Positions 26,059-37,283 of a stretch of DNA of 64,000 nt are shown here, one piece after another. Under the pieces are notes generated by a model, which made no database searches, was not told the DNA's origin, and saw only the letters and a list, made by a program, of their open reading frames with translations. The DNA lies in NCBI RefSeq assembly GCF_000315625.1, contig NW_005434471.1, positions 8,669 to 72,668 on the forward strand, read 5' to 3'. Numbering within the stretch: position 1 is the first letter of the stretch; every line of letters begins with the position of its first letter. The position numbers and the translations under genes are program-made. The DNA is from Guillardia theta CCMP2712 (taxonomy: Eukaryota > Protista > Cryptophyta).

Positions 26059-29000
26059 ATGGCAGGGAGGTTGGAGGAGGAGATTCAAAATACCAAGATA
26101 CTAACGAGGAAGGGCATACCCGCATTCATCACGATGATTGAAATGCGAATGCAAGGTAAGAGCAGGAGCAAAGGACACAAGGACACCTAAGACTCTGCAC
26201 CTGACGTAATCACTGAAGTGAGAAGAAGCAGGGAAGGCAAGAAGAGCAAACTAGAAAGAGGAGACGGCAGGAGAGAAGTTGGCACAAGACCAAGGGCAAG
26301 TGAGTACACGAGATCAGGAGGAGGATGTGTACAGGGGTAGAGGCAGCCGAGCAGCACAAGCGAGAGGCGCGGTTATCCCCTACATGAAGAAATAGCGGGC
26401 GCCAGGAGCAGGGGTGGTTTTCGCTGTCCGTGTGGTAGGGATACTGTTAACCATCTGTCAAGTGAGGGTGGGGTAGGCCATACCACGGGTGGTCGACAAT
26501 CATTTGAAATTGATGGGAGGGAGCCACCGGTACCATGTCTTACACCCCACCCTACCCATCAACGCCCCCATCCTCTATTTGAAATCCTATCCAACAGACT
26601 ACCCTACCCACGTTTTGACGAAGCTCAAAAGTTGAACCTACCCCCCCACCCTGCCAGGATTATTACTCCGTACCCACCCCACCCTCTCTATTGGCGAAGG
26701 TCACACTCAAGAGCATTTGAACCTTCCGGCCCGGGCCCGGCCGGGTCTCGTCGAGCGTTACAGTTTTGATGTAACGGTAAAGGGCCATGGCAGCTGAAGG
26801 CGGAGGTAATGGATCCATGGTGGGAGGGGAGGCAGGGGCGACAGATCGCAAGGAGGCAGTGAGGTCAGAGATGATGCTGAGAAGAGAAGAACGATGATGG
26901 GAAAGAGAGGCAATGAACTGAGAGTTGATGACTGGGGGGTGATAGCCGAGAGGAAACAGCAAGGCAACTCACGACAAGCAAAGGAGCGAGAGCGAGAGCA
27001 AAGTCAACTTGAGTAGGATAGAGACAGAGACAGAGACAGAGACAGAGACAGAGACAGAGACAGAGACTGAGAAAGAGATAGAGATAGAGATAGAGATAGA
27101 GATAGAGACAGAGACAGAGACAGAGACAGAGACAGAGACAGAGACTGAGAAAGAGATAGAGATAGAGATAGAGACAGAGATAGAGACAGAGACAGAGACA
27201 GAGACAGAGGAAGAGATAGAGACAGAGATAGAGGAAGAGATAGAGACAGAGATGGAGACAGAGATAGAGACAGAGACAGAGACAGAGACAGAGGAAGAGA
27301 TAGAGACAGAGATAGAGGAAGAGATAGAGATAGAGATGGAGACAGAGATGGAGACAGAGATGGAGACAGAGGAAGAGATAGAGCAAGAGATAGAGCAAGA
27401 GATAGATACTTGGAGAGCAGGAGAAAAGGACAAGAGAGACAGGCATGCACCCGGATAAGAGGACAGTAGCATTCTTCACTTGAGAATCAGGCTGATACTT
27501 AGCGTTCTCTACCTTTGATCTTTTTTGTATGAAGACATCTTACTTGTCGCGTGTTTCAGACCCGGCAGCTGTGGATTTCGAATCTGACCTCCATCAGATT
27601 TGGCGCGACGACAGGCAACTGAGACGGATTGTGATTGAGGGGATATTAACTCGAAAGGAATCAGATGGTTGTCTGAAAACATACTCAATGATGCATCTGC
27701 TTTGGATTATTTCTCTAACTCGCACTGGTAAGCTTGAATCGCGCAAGTGTTAAGTGTTTCCTCTTGCAAGGTCCACCTTTGTTTCACTTCCTTCTCCATG
27801 CTCTCTCCCGCACTCTTGTCGCATACTCTAACTCTACTGGGGGTTCTTCTCTCCTTGTCGCAGGTACGATCCATCCTGTCTCACTGCGCACTTCAACATG
27901 CAGAATCAGCTCTCGGGCGGCAAGATGGACAGGTGAGATAGCATCACTTTGCTTTGCGGATATGTGCAACACGCTGCACAGGCAATACTTGAAACGGATG
28001 GCGGGAATAGACTTCGAGATGGCCCGCCCTGATGTTCAGGTACAAGATAAATGCAGTGACCAAGTTTGGTTTCTGACTTGCTTCTTTGTGCTCTGCTGCT
28101 CTCTCCTGCTTTCCTCATATTGTCGGTGTTGGTATCTTTGCATGTTTTTGTGTTGTTGATAGGGAAAGGGGGTGTACGTCATCGACAAAGTGAAAAGAGT
28201 GAAGGATCCTAATGCCAAGGATGGTATCTCACAGGTGCGTTGGTGTCAATGTTTGTATTTCCTTCATTCTTCCCAAGTAATCTTTGATGTTTGTTCAACT
28301 TGGTTTTCCTTGCCTGGACTCTATGCTTTATCATCTTTGATTTCAATATCTCTCTTTCTTTTTGGATTTTTTATTGTATTCTGATTTCATGACCTTTCAA
28401 CAATTTCAACGCACTGAACAGACACGCCTGGCGTCATACTACGTGACTGCAGATGGGTAAGACTTGTGAAGGTGCATTGTACATCTCTCATTTTCAACCT
28501 AGATGGGTGTACATGTGCCCACCCATACAGAAACTTGTCGATTCAAAGCTTCAGGTGCTCAATCTGCATTAAAAAGATACGACAAATAACACATTTTCAT
28601 CAGATGATTTCCTACTTCTTGAAGAAAGCTCTCGAGCACACTTCTTCACATTATTCGTTCAGGTGAGGAACGAGAGTCTGTTTTCTCACATTTATTGCTC
28701 GGGTTGCCTGGATTTGTTTGCATATTTGTGCATCGCTTGTCTGAATTTCTCCATCAGCCTCACAGCTGGTCACGTGCTGAACAAGCCGAGTGACCAGAAA
28801 TCCGAGGAATGGAAGCCGGTAAAGCTTTTTTCCATTTCATCGCTTGTCTGCATGTTTCCTTCTCCTAGTTTATGCTCTTGATGTGTGCAAAACTCTCTCT
28901 TCTCTGTCTGATGTATCAGGTGCTTGCTGATTATCTTACATCTTCTCAGATCACTTGTTTCGGCGCTTCAGCCTTGAAGCCACAAGGTATTTGTTTTCTT

Positions 29001-29800
29001 GCTTTTCGCCGCGTGCTGAAAGCTTCTTGCAGCAGTAGACAGGGAGCAGGTTGAGGACACGAAGGTGACCGGCGATAAATGGAAGTTTGGACTTGCTGGA
29101 CTGAAGAGACGTGCAGATGGTAGAGAAGATGCTGAAGTCGATTTCAAAACTTTACCCCATCATCATCCCGGTCGGTTGTACCTCTGAATTTTGTTGTTGT
29201 TGACGCGTCTTTGTTGTTTCAGCCGGAGGCTGCAGCTCCGCCAGCAGGTGATGATGCCTCCTTGCTGCTCTCTCCATCTTTCTTTGTCCTCGTTCTTCTT
29301 TCTCTTCCGCTCTTCTGCTTGCCTGACCTCACCCACGGGGTCTCCCACTCCTTCCGCCTTGTCTCGCACGTGCGCCCTAACCGCTCATGTGGGTCGAATA
29401 GATCAAAACAGCCAGCAGCCAGCCCCCGCTGCATCGCAGGTGCTGGAAATCCTCCCCTCCCCTCCCCTTCCTCTTACCGTCCTCACCATTAGGCGGCTGC
29501 TACCTCCTCCATCCCCACACCCACATCGGCTCTACCGGCAACTGGAGCTCTTCCTATGAGCGGCACATCGGCCGGAATGGCAACAGGCGGGGTCGGAACG
29601 ACCAGCGCTGGATTGCAGCCGGGGATGCCGATGAACACGATGCCGACCACTGGGGCGTCGTCCATGGGGGCGATGAACCCGGCGCTTGCAATGCAGGCGG
29701 GGCAGAAAAGGTGAGGGATGCTTGCTGGGCTTCTGCTCGACTCATTGAAAGCACAGGCCGGGGATGATGATGCCGACGTCAATGCCTATGACTAAGAAGT
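26059..29800 (+). CDS. MED6: Mediator complex subunit 6 with Pro/Gly/Met-rich tail; first exon (26059-26155) inferred
   Basis: Spliced IWRDDRWLSENILNDASALDYFSNSHWYDPSC...LKRMAGIDF...VYVIDKVKR...RLASYYV...YMCPPIQKLVDSKL...SHYSFSLTAGH parallels the Med6 domain (WRD, LDYF..S.FYD..C, M.GIEY, IRKQ.R, LA.YYI, YQAP). Confidence 0.8.
27018..27407. repeat. Hexanucleotide microsatellite (GAGACA/GAGATA/GAGGAA)n, about 390 bp
   Basis: Directly visible. Confidence 0.95.
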
Positions 29801-32534
29801 CCAGGAACTAGCGAGACCCTTCCGTCCTCTCGCCTTCTGTCCCCATACCCTTGCCCACTCACCACCCAATCTTACATCTCGACTCTCCCATCTGTTTTCA
29901 TTCCTCCTTTCTTCGTTCGCTTCCTCCTTTCCTTATCACCTACTGGCACTCCTTCCTAGATTTCTCTGCAGGAGGCGCCGCTTTCATTCCATGAGAATAA
30001 AGTTTAAAGCTTTTTGCTCACCTCTCCTCCTCTCCTGTTGTTCTTCTGACTTTCTGCTCTCCTGATCCCTTCTACACCTGTTTCAGCTCCTCATCAGTTG
30101 TTGTGCTCTCCGCTTCCTACATCTAGTTCATCGTTTCGAATCCTATTGGACAAGAGAAGAACAACTTAGAATCAGGTGTCAACGACAACAAAGACGGGCT
30201 AAGGTTGGAGGATAAAGTGTTATCTCTTTTGCAAGGATTTATTAGTTCTCCGACACTTTTCATATATCGCATTTGATTCTTTACCAAACCTACACCAAAC
30301 CTACATGAGAGCCCAAGAACAAATGGACCGCTTCATGCACGCCGCTGACTGTAGTGAGCATTATGAGACCGATAGTATGTGTCAGTACAAAGATCTTGAT
30401 AGCTAATGATCGTATGTTCTGTCAGTACAAAACTCTAATTTGTTCTACCATATCAGAGACTCGCGAGGCCGTTGGTGACATTGGTGCTGGTCCAACCCAC
30501 CTGCTCTCGTCCGACGGGCTCCTTTCGTTGTGGTACGTAACGGAACGCGGTGATTTTCCTGTAGATCTTTGATCGACTTTGTTTTGTGCATTCTGGTCAT
30601 ACAAGCTTCATATTCAATCATCTTGGGTCTTGTCGCTGCTCACGACCCATCACCTCCCCCCTCCGCACTCCCCCCTCCATTCTTTCCCGCCCGCATTTCG
30701 TCTTTTCTGAGAGTCTCGACAAAGAAAGAAAAAATACCACAAACTTTCACCGTTCCCAGATAACGGGTGGGGAGCCCCCCCCTCACCCCTTCTTTTGTGG
30801 GAGAAAGAGGGGTGCTCTTCCATCGACGAGAGCCATTTTTAATGATAATTGAGTGAAATACTTGTATAATAAATAATATATATTTAATAACATCAGTAGA
30901 AACATAAATATATACTTTTCAATAAGATAATATATATATGTTTATGCTACCAATTCATAAATGATATCATCGTATTGGTTTTACATTTGGTGCATATCGA
31001 GATGATAACTAAATATTTTCATTCAAACAAAAACAAACATATATTACATATGCTAAAAATAATAACTTTTTATATGTATATAAAACTTTTATATCTCAAT
31101 AAAAAATGCTAAAAGTCTTGCCTTTACCGCCCTCCAGGCCATTCAGCCACCACCCCCCTTGACCTACGCGAATTGTTGACCCCACCCATGTCATTTCCTC
31201 ACTGCGCAAGATCCACCCACCCCAAATTTGAACATCCTTTTAGCACCTCAACCCATCAGGTTACATTTCAGGTCCTTCCTATGAGATAGACCTTTCTGAC
31301 TTTTAGCATACTTATGGATTTGAGTAGCTTGATGGGCCATGACGAAACTTTTAAGTACCCCCTTGTCGATTACCCCCTCTGTTGACACCCCACCCTACTT
31401 TCCTCAAAAATAACCTAGCCCCTCTTGACCAAGTAGCACACCCCCACCCCTCCTCAAAAGACTAATTCCCGCCCCCGCCATCCCCGCCACTGCCGCTCAA
31501 CATGGCGGTTCCTGTGCTGTTGCAGCGCCTCTTGCCTTGCTCCCCGCCTGAGACAACTTTCTCTTCATCTTCAAATTCTTCTTTGTTCTCTTCCTGCGTG
31601 ATGGCTGCCTCCTTCCGCTCAAAGCTTCTTTCTGTCTGCTTGCCAACTTTGCGAGGGTTCCCTTCAGATCCCGCCCCCTCTCCTCGCTCATATGTGCTGA
31701 CGACCCCGTTCATTTACCCCCTCCTAGCCTTACACATCACAGACCATCACGTTTCCACTCGAAATCTTTCATCCATCCTCCAATCTTCGGCGTGTTTGGT
31801 TGCTCTGCTCATGAATCAGTGCTCTCGCGGATTCTTCCTTCTCGACCCCTCCCCCCACCGCCATACATCCCTTCCGTACTGCGTGCGACCCGCCTAAATA
31901 ATTCTACTTTTTCTTCGAACATTTCTATCTTCATTGTCTGTGCGGTTACCTCCTCTGTTTTCTTTGTCTATGCTCAAATGTTTTCTCGTTCTGCCCGTCC
32001 GTGTCTCGAGCTCGTGCCTGTGTCAGCTAGGCCCTTTCCTCGACTCGATCTGTCACCTTTAAGAGGGTCTTTCCATGTCCTCTTCTTTGCCAGTTGTTGG
32101 TGGCCGGTGTACTCTCCTTGCCTCGTTATGTGCCCTAGTGTGTATGCGATCCTGTTAGGTTCATAGCTCGTGTCATTTCGCGTATTAAGGTCCATAAGGT
32201 GTATACATCCCAGTCATGGTTTTGATTTGATTGCTTGACGGATACACTGCCCTCCTCTATGTATCTGGTATGTGGTAGGTCAATACAGACTAGGATTCCT
32301 GCACTCAGCCTATTGTCTCGAGTCTGCTCAGCCATTGCCTTGGCGCCCTTTCATTCATCCATGTCACCCTACCATCGCATGCTTGTTCTTCGTTCTTCTC
32401 CTTGTTCACTCAAACCCTCTCATCTCTCTCATCACTCTACAGAATGCTTTGTCCTGCTGTGTGGCCCGTTGTGCCGAATCCTCCTTGTGCTGACCTTGGT
32501 TCAACAGTCACAACAGCCGAGGTGAGCGGGGTGG

Positions 32535-34635
32535 ATGCAAGGCGAAGCATCGATGGGCGCCGTGGGAAGCCCGATGGAATTGGAACCGGACGTGGGAGCC
32601 TTCGTGGCAAACCTCCCGCGATTCTCCGTGATTCCTTCCCTGGATCCTTACGGGCAGACTCCATTGAGAGTGACATCTCCCACCAGTGAGTACCCCTCCT
32701 CGTTCCCTCCCTTGCTCCCCCCCTGCCTCTGCTGTCTTTGTGTGCTCATACATGCCTTGCAGGTAGCGTGTATTATAATGACAATTATTGTTTTACCCAT
32801 GTGCCGTCAACGAGGAGGAGCAAACAGTCAGTGGCTGACTCGGCGACGACAGTTGCTGACGCTGCCTCAGGACCTCGCTTGCATATTCGGTCAGGAACAG
32901 GGAATGTGGTGGCCCAAGAATTTGCACACCGAGGTCTATCCTGGAAGGGCTGTGCAGCGACGAGTCCAGCACCTACCAGATGTACGGGAACGAAGATGGC
33001 TCGCCTCCTTTCAGTCTCAAGTTTGGGAAGTCAAAGCGGGCTGCATGTCTGGTAGGACTCGCTCATTGCTTGCAGCAGTAGCTTGCAGTGACCCTTAATG
33101 CAGGTGGTTGCCGATGAAGAAGGAAGTGTATCCATCATCGACTCATCCAAGCCCAAGTCTCAGTCCAACATGTGCTCGTGGCTGTGCCACAGGAATGCAA
33201 TTTTTGACGTCGCCATAGCCGGTGAGCCTCTGCTCAGCCATCGTCTCCGCTGATTGGTCATGGCAGATGGAGACGATTTGCTGGCAACAGCTTCGGGGGA
33301 TCAGACGATCAAGCTTTGGGACCTTTCGTCCCATGAACCTGTGGAAAAGTTGATGCTGAGAGGCCACAAGAGCAGCGTCAAGTCTGTACAGTTTAGGCCG
33401 GGGAGTCAGAACGAGTTGGTGTCGGGGGCGAGGGAGGGATCTATTTTTTTATGGGATGTGAGGGTTAAGAATGATGGCTGCACTACCAGGAGCCAGGGGG
33501 AGGTGAGTCCAGGAGGAGGGTCCCAGCTTGCGTCCGCTGACTCGCACAAGCAGACGGGGAGGCCAACGAAGCAAATCGCTGAAGCGCATGCGAAACGAAA
33601 TTATGCGAACATCACGACATCTCCTCGCAGAAAAAGCAAAGACGCGAAGAACTCAACATCTTGCAGTGTCACAAGCGTGGTCTTCATCAACGACTACATC
33701 TTAGCGTCGGCTGGGGACAACGACGGTAGCGTCAAATTCTGGGATCTAAGGAGAGGATGGACGTCTCGGGTAGGAGGCCTGGTCGTGGTTGTAGCAGGAG
33801 TTGACATCTATTTACAGCATACCTTCAAGCCGACCTCCTTCCTCTCCCGCGAGGCCAGTGCGACAGGCCGGCCAAGGGGGATCACATCTCTCTCAGTGAA
33901 CAACACCAATTCGAAGATCCTGGCGTCAAGCTCTGATCATCATATCTACATGTTCGACTGCCTGGTCCCCGAGCGGGAACCCTCGATCTACAGCGGGCAT
34001 GTTGTCAATTCCTTCTACGTCAAGGCCTCCTTTTCTCCGGACTGCCGCTACATCATCAGTGGGAGCAGCGACTACCACGTGTACATCTGGGACGTCAGCA
34101 ATCCGCTCCTCCCTCCCATGAGGCTTCGGGGCCACACTGGGGAGGTTTCGGACGTGGCCTGGAGCCAGAAAGAGTTCTGGAAGCTGGCCAGCAGCTCCGA
34201 CGACACGACAGTGCGACTGTGGACGATCGACCGCGAGCTCAGCGAGCATTTCTCGGCGGAAGGAGCTCGTGGAGACACTGAGCTTCTCTCCCCGCACAGC
34301 AGCCGCTACAGCGGTGTCAGCGAGGTTCCTCGGGCATGGAGCCATCCTCCCAGCAAAGAGGAGGACCTGCTCACCTGCCACGAGGTTATGATGTTCACCG
34401 ACACCTGCTCTTCTGACGGTAAGGGCGACCTGCTACTCGACCTCCTCCCCACCTGATGAACGTGGCAGATTCTCTGACTCCCCGCAAGATCCGCAAGCTG
34501 AAACCCATCGATAGCATTGGGCTCGTACGACATTCCAACCTGGACAACTCTAGGAGTCAGTCGGGAAGCCCAACGCTATGGAAGCAATCCAAGATCGAAG
34601 ACTTCTACTCCTCCACCCCCATTAGCCGGAAGTGA
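32535..34635 (+). CDS. DTL: Denticleless/CDT2 WD40 protein (CRL4 substrate receptor) with C-terminal PIP box; start approximate
   Basis: VADEEG, WLCHRNAIFDV, TASGDQT, GHKSSVKSV, SGAREG, SAGDNDGSVKFWDLR, SFYVKASFSPD, SGSSD, GHTGEV, SSSDD are Cdt2 hallmarks. Last exon ends QSKIEDFY...SRK*. Confidence 0.92.
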
Positions 34636-34749
34636 CCTGCCATGCGTTGCTTTCCGGGGTCCCGCCATGATAAGTTTTCCCTCAACCTTAAACTTCTTCC
34701 TCTTCTCGCTCGAACTTGGCATTAGTGATCCCGCAAGATGCTCTGAGTG

Positions 34750-36420
34750 AAAGTTACCGTACAGCGGGGCCAGAGGCTTGGCCAGTAGCCGCTAAGGCTG
34801 CCACTGTTGAGACTGGCAGTGGCGACTGCAGTGCCGCGCCACAGCTGGCCAGCAGTGAACGGTTGGTGACTGACTGAGGCGGCCGCTCACTCAGCGGCAG
34901 CCATCCGACCGTCCGGCGGCGACTCGGTCGACGGCCGCGGCGGCGGCCGGGCCCGGCCCCGCCGGGCGGCACTGCTGAGGGGGCCAGCAAGTAGTAGGGC
35001 GGCTGATCCGAGGCTTCACCCCGGGCGGCGCCGGGCCTGCTCGGCCCGGCCCGGCCGCTACTACGGGTGCTAGACTCCGACCCGGGCCGCCGGGCCCGGG
35101 CAGCCTCAGGCTGGCCCTCTCCGCCCGGCGGCGTCCGATCCGGGCCACGGCCGGCCGCACCGTGACGGCGTCAGCGACCGACTCAGCCGCGGCCCGGCGG
35201 CCCTGTTTCAAGTTTCGCTGTCCGACGCCCGGACCGACTCTCATCTTTTCTCTCTGAGTACGGTTTCGCCCGGCCGCCGCCGGGTCACCGTCTCGGGGCG
35301 GCGGCGCCGGGGCCGCCCGGCCGCCGCCCCGGCCCCGGCGGTTGGGTGACTGTGAGCCGCTGACCGTCTCAGTCGCACGCGGCGGCAGCCCGGCCGCCCC
35401 GGGCCGGCGGCGCGGCTGGCCCCCGCCCCCCGCCGCGCCGGGCGGCCCGGGCCCGGGGGCTGCCAATGAGTCACAGTGCCGGCCAGTGTCCGACGCAGTG
35501 CCGGCGGTCACTGCGGATAAACTTCTCGGTGATTTTCAAGTTATATTATTAACTAGTAACGAGGCCCCTGAAAACAACATTTCAATCAACTTGGCAATCT
35601 CGGACATTCATAATTTCGCCGAATTTGAAATCACGGTCAACGGGGCGGCACGGCTTGCAAGTTGCACTCGCCGCAGGAAGATCCACGGAGTCAGTATCCG
35701 AAGTATCCGACAACGGCGGCGTCACGGCGTGGTTCCAAGTACCGCCGTACGCCGGTACAATTTTGAACTTGGAAAGTTCCGACTCTTTTCAGTGCCCGGC
35801 CGGGATTCCGTACCGTAGTACCGACGACGGTAGGCACCGTGGTACGCCGGGTAGTGACGTTTCCTATACATCCGAGTCAAGTTAAGTTGCTTTTGATGCC
35901 GCAGCGTCCTCAAGTTCAAATCTCCGCGGCTTAGGTCGCGCGGCCGGCGGCCGGGCCCGGCGGGCCGGGCGCGGCCGGGCCCGGCCCGATCGGATTGGGA
36001 CTCCGGGACCCGGGCCCGGATCGGACTGGGCCGCCCGACTCCGGGACCCGGCGACCCGGCGGCCCGGCCAGGCCCGGTGACTCCTCGATCGGACCGTGGC
36101 GTGACATGTCACTTCAAGGAACCTGGTGACCAGCCACTTTACCGGTCGAACCACCCCTGATTCCGTGTACCCCCACCTCAAGTCTGCCTTTCTCCCACCC
36201 CCTGTTTTCACTCACTTTTACACCCCCTTTCAGAGAATTTCCCCTCCCCACCCCCATTGTGTAGCCCTTGTTTTCCCTGACATGGTATCTCACGAGAGTA
36301 GGTGAGAAAGGTGGTAGCTGAATTGGGTGGGTGGATCATGGTACAAACAGGGGGTATATACAAAGGGTGGGGTAGTAGAACCGGGGTAGACAGAGGGTGG
36401 GGTAGAGTCCATAAAACTCC
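34750..36420. repeat. Very GC-rich CCGG/GGCC intergenic repeat island followed by GGGGTA/TACCCC-type degenerate repeat
   Basis: Low-complexity palindromic GC runs. ORFs here are Ala/Gly/Arg/Pro compositional artefacts. Confidence 0.6.
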
Positions 36421-36476
36421 CGTGCTTCCCTGCCCTCGCTCTCGTCTCCCTGCTGTCAGTAGCCGTCAACCTTGCC

Positions 36477-37283
36477 ATGTCCTGGACGGACAGCATCGTC
36501 CCCTACCTCCTTGCAACAGGCCCCTGCACCCTCGTCGAGATCGGACAACGAGTCCCCAGGCCTGCGTCAGAGAGTCGGCAGCTGTCTGCTGTAGTCAGAT
36601 CAGATCCTCGGCTTGTGATATCGCCTGAGGGGCTGGTGTCAGTCAGAAGCGTCACGGCAGGGAGAGAAGGAGGGGCGCAGCTGGTACCAGTGGCGACGGC
36701 TATCGGAGGAGGAGGAAGGAGGGGACGAAGCGGTGCTTCGACAGCGGCTTCAAGGCATACTGCCATGTCCTGGACGGACAGCATCGTCCCCTACCTCCTT
36801 GCAACAGGCCCCTGCACCCTTGGCGAGCTTGGCTCTAGAGTCCCCAGGCCTGCGTCAGAGAGTCGGCAGCTGTCTGCTGTAGTCAGATCAGATCCTCGGC
36901 TTGTGATATCGCCTGAGGGGCTGGTGTCAGTCAGAAGCGTCACGGCAGGGAGCGAAGGAGGGGTGCAGCTGGTTCTAGAACAGAATGGCGTAAGCCAACC
37001 AGTGGCGACGGCTATCGGAGGAGGAGGAAGGAGGGGACGAAGCGGTGCTTCGACAACGGCTTCAAGGCATACTGCCATGTCCTGGACGGACAGCATCGTC
37101 CCCTACCTCCTTGCAACAGGCCCCTGCACCCTTGGCGAGCTTGGCTCTAGAGTCCCCAGGCCTGCGTCAGAGAGTCGGCAGCTGTCTGCTGTAGTCAGAT
37201 CAGATCCTCGGCTTGTGATATCGCCTGAGGGGCTGGTGTCAGTCAGAAGCGTCACGGCAGGGAGCGAAGGAGGGGCGCAGCTG
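36477..37283 (+). repeat. Three near-identical in-frame coding repeats (units start 36477, 36765, 37077)
   Basis: [19 protein letters not shown]...[21 protein letters not shown] three times; DNA nearly identical including synonymous sites. Confidence 0.97.

Noticed and set aside
26865-27479. ORFs of 148-204 aa (ETETE, SLSLS, LCLCL)
   Set aside because: Translations of the hexanucleotide microsatellite.
30330-32500. Possible ncRNA or gene between MED6 and DTL
   Set aside because: No tRNA, snRNA or rRNA signature recognised; ORFs are low-complexity pyrimidine-rich; 30850-31120 is simply AT-rich.
34891-36211. Ala/Gly/Arg/Pro-rich ORFs on both strands
   Set aside because: Stop-poor because of extreme GC content; no domain signal or splice pattern.
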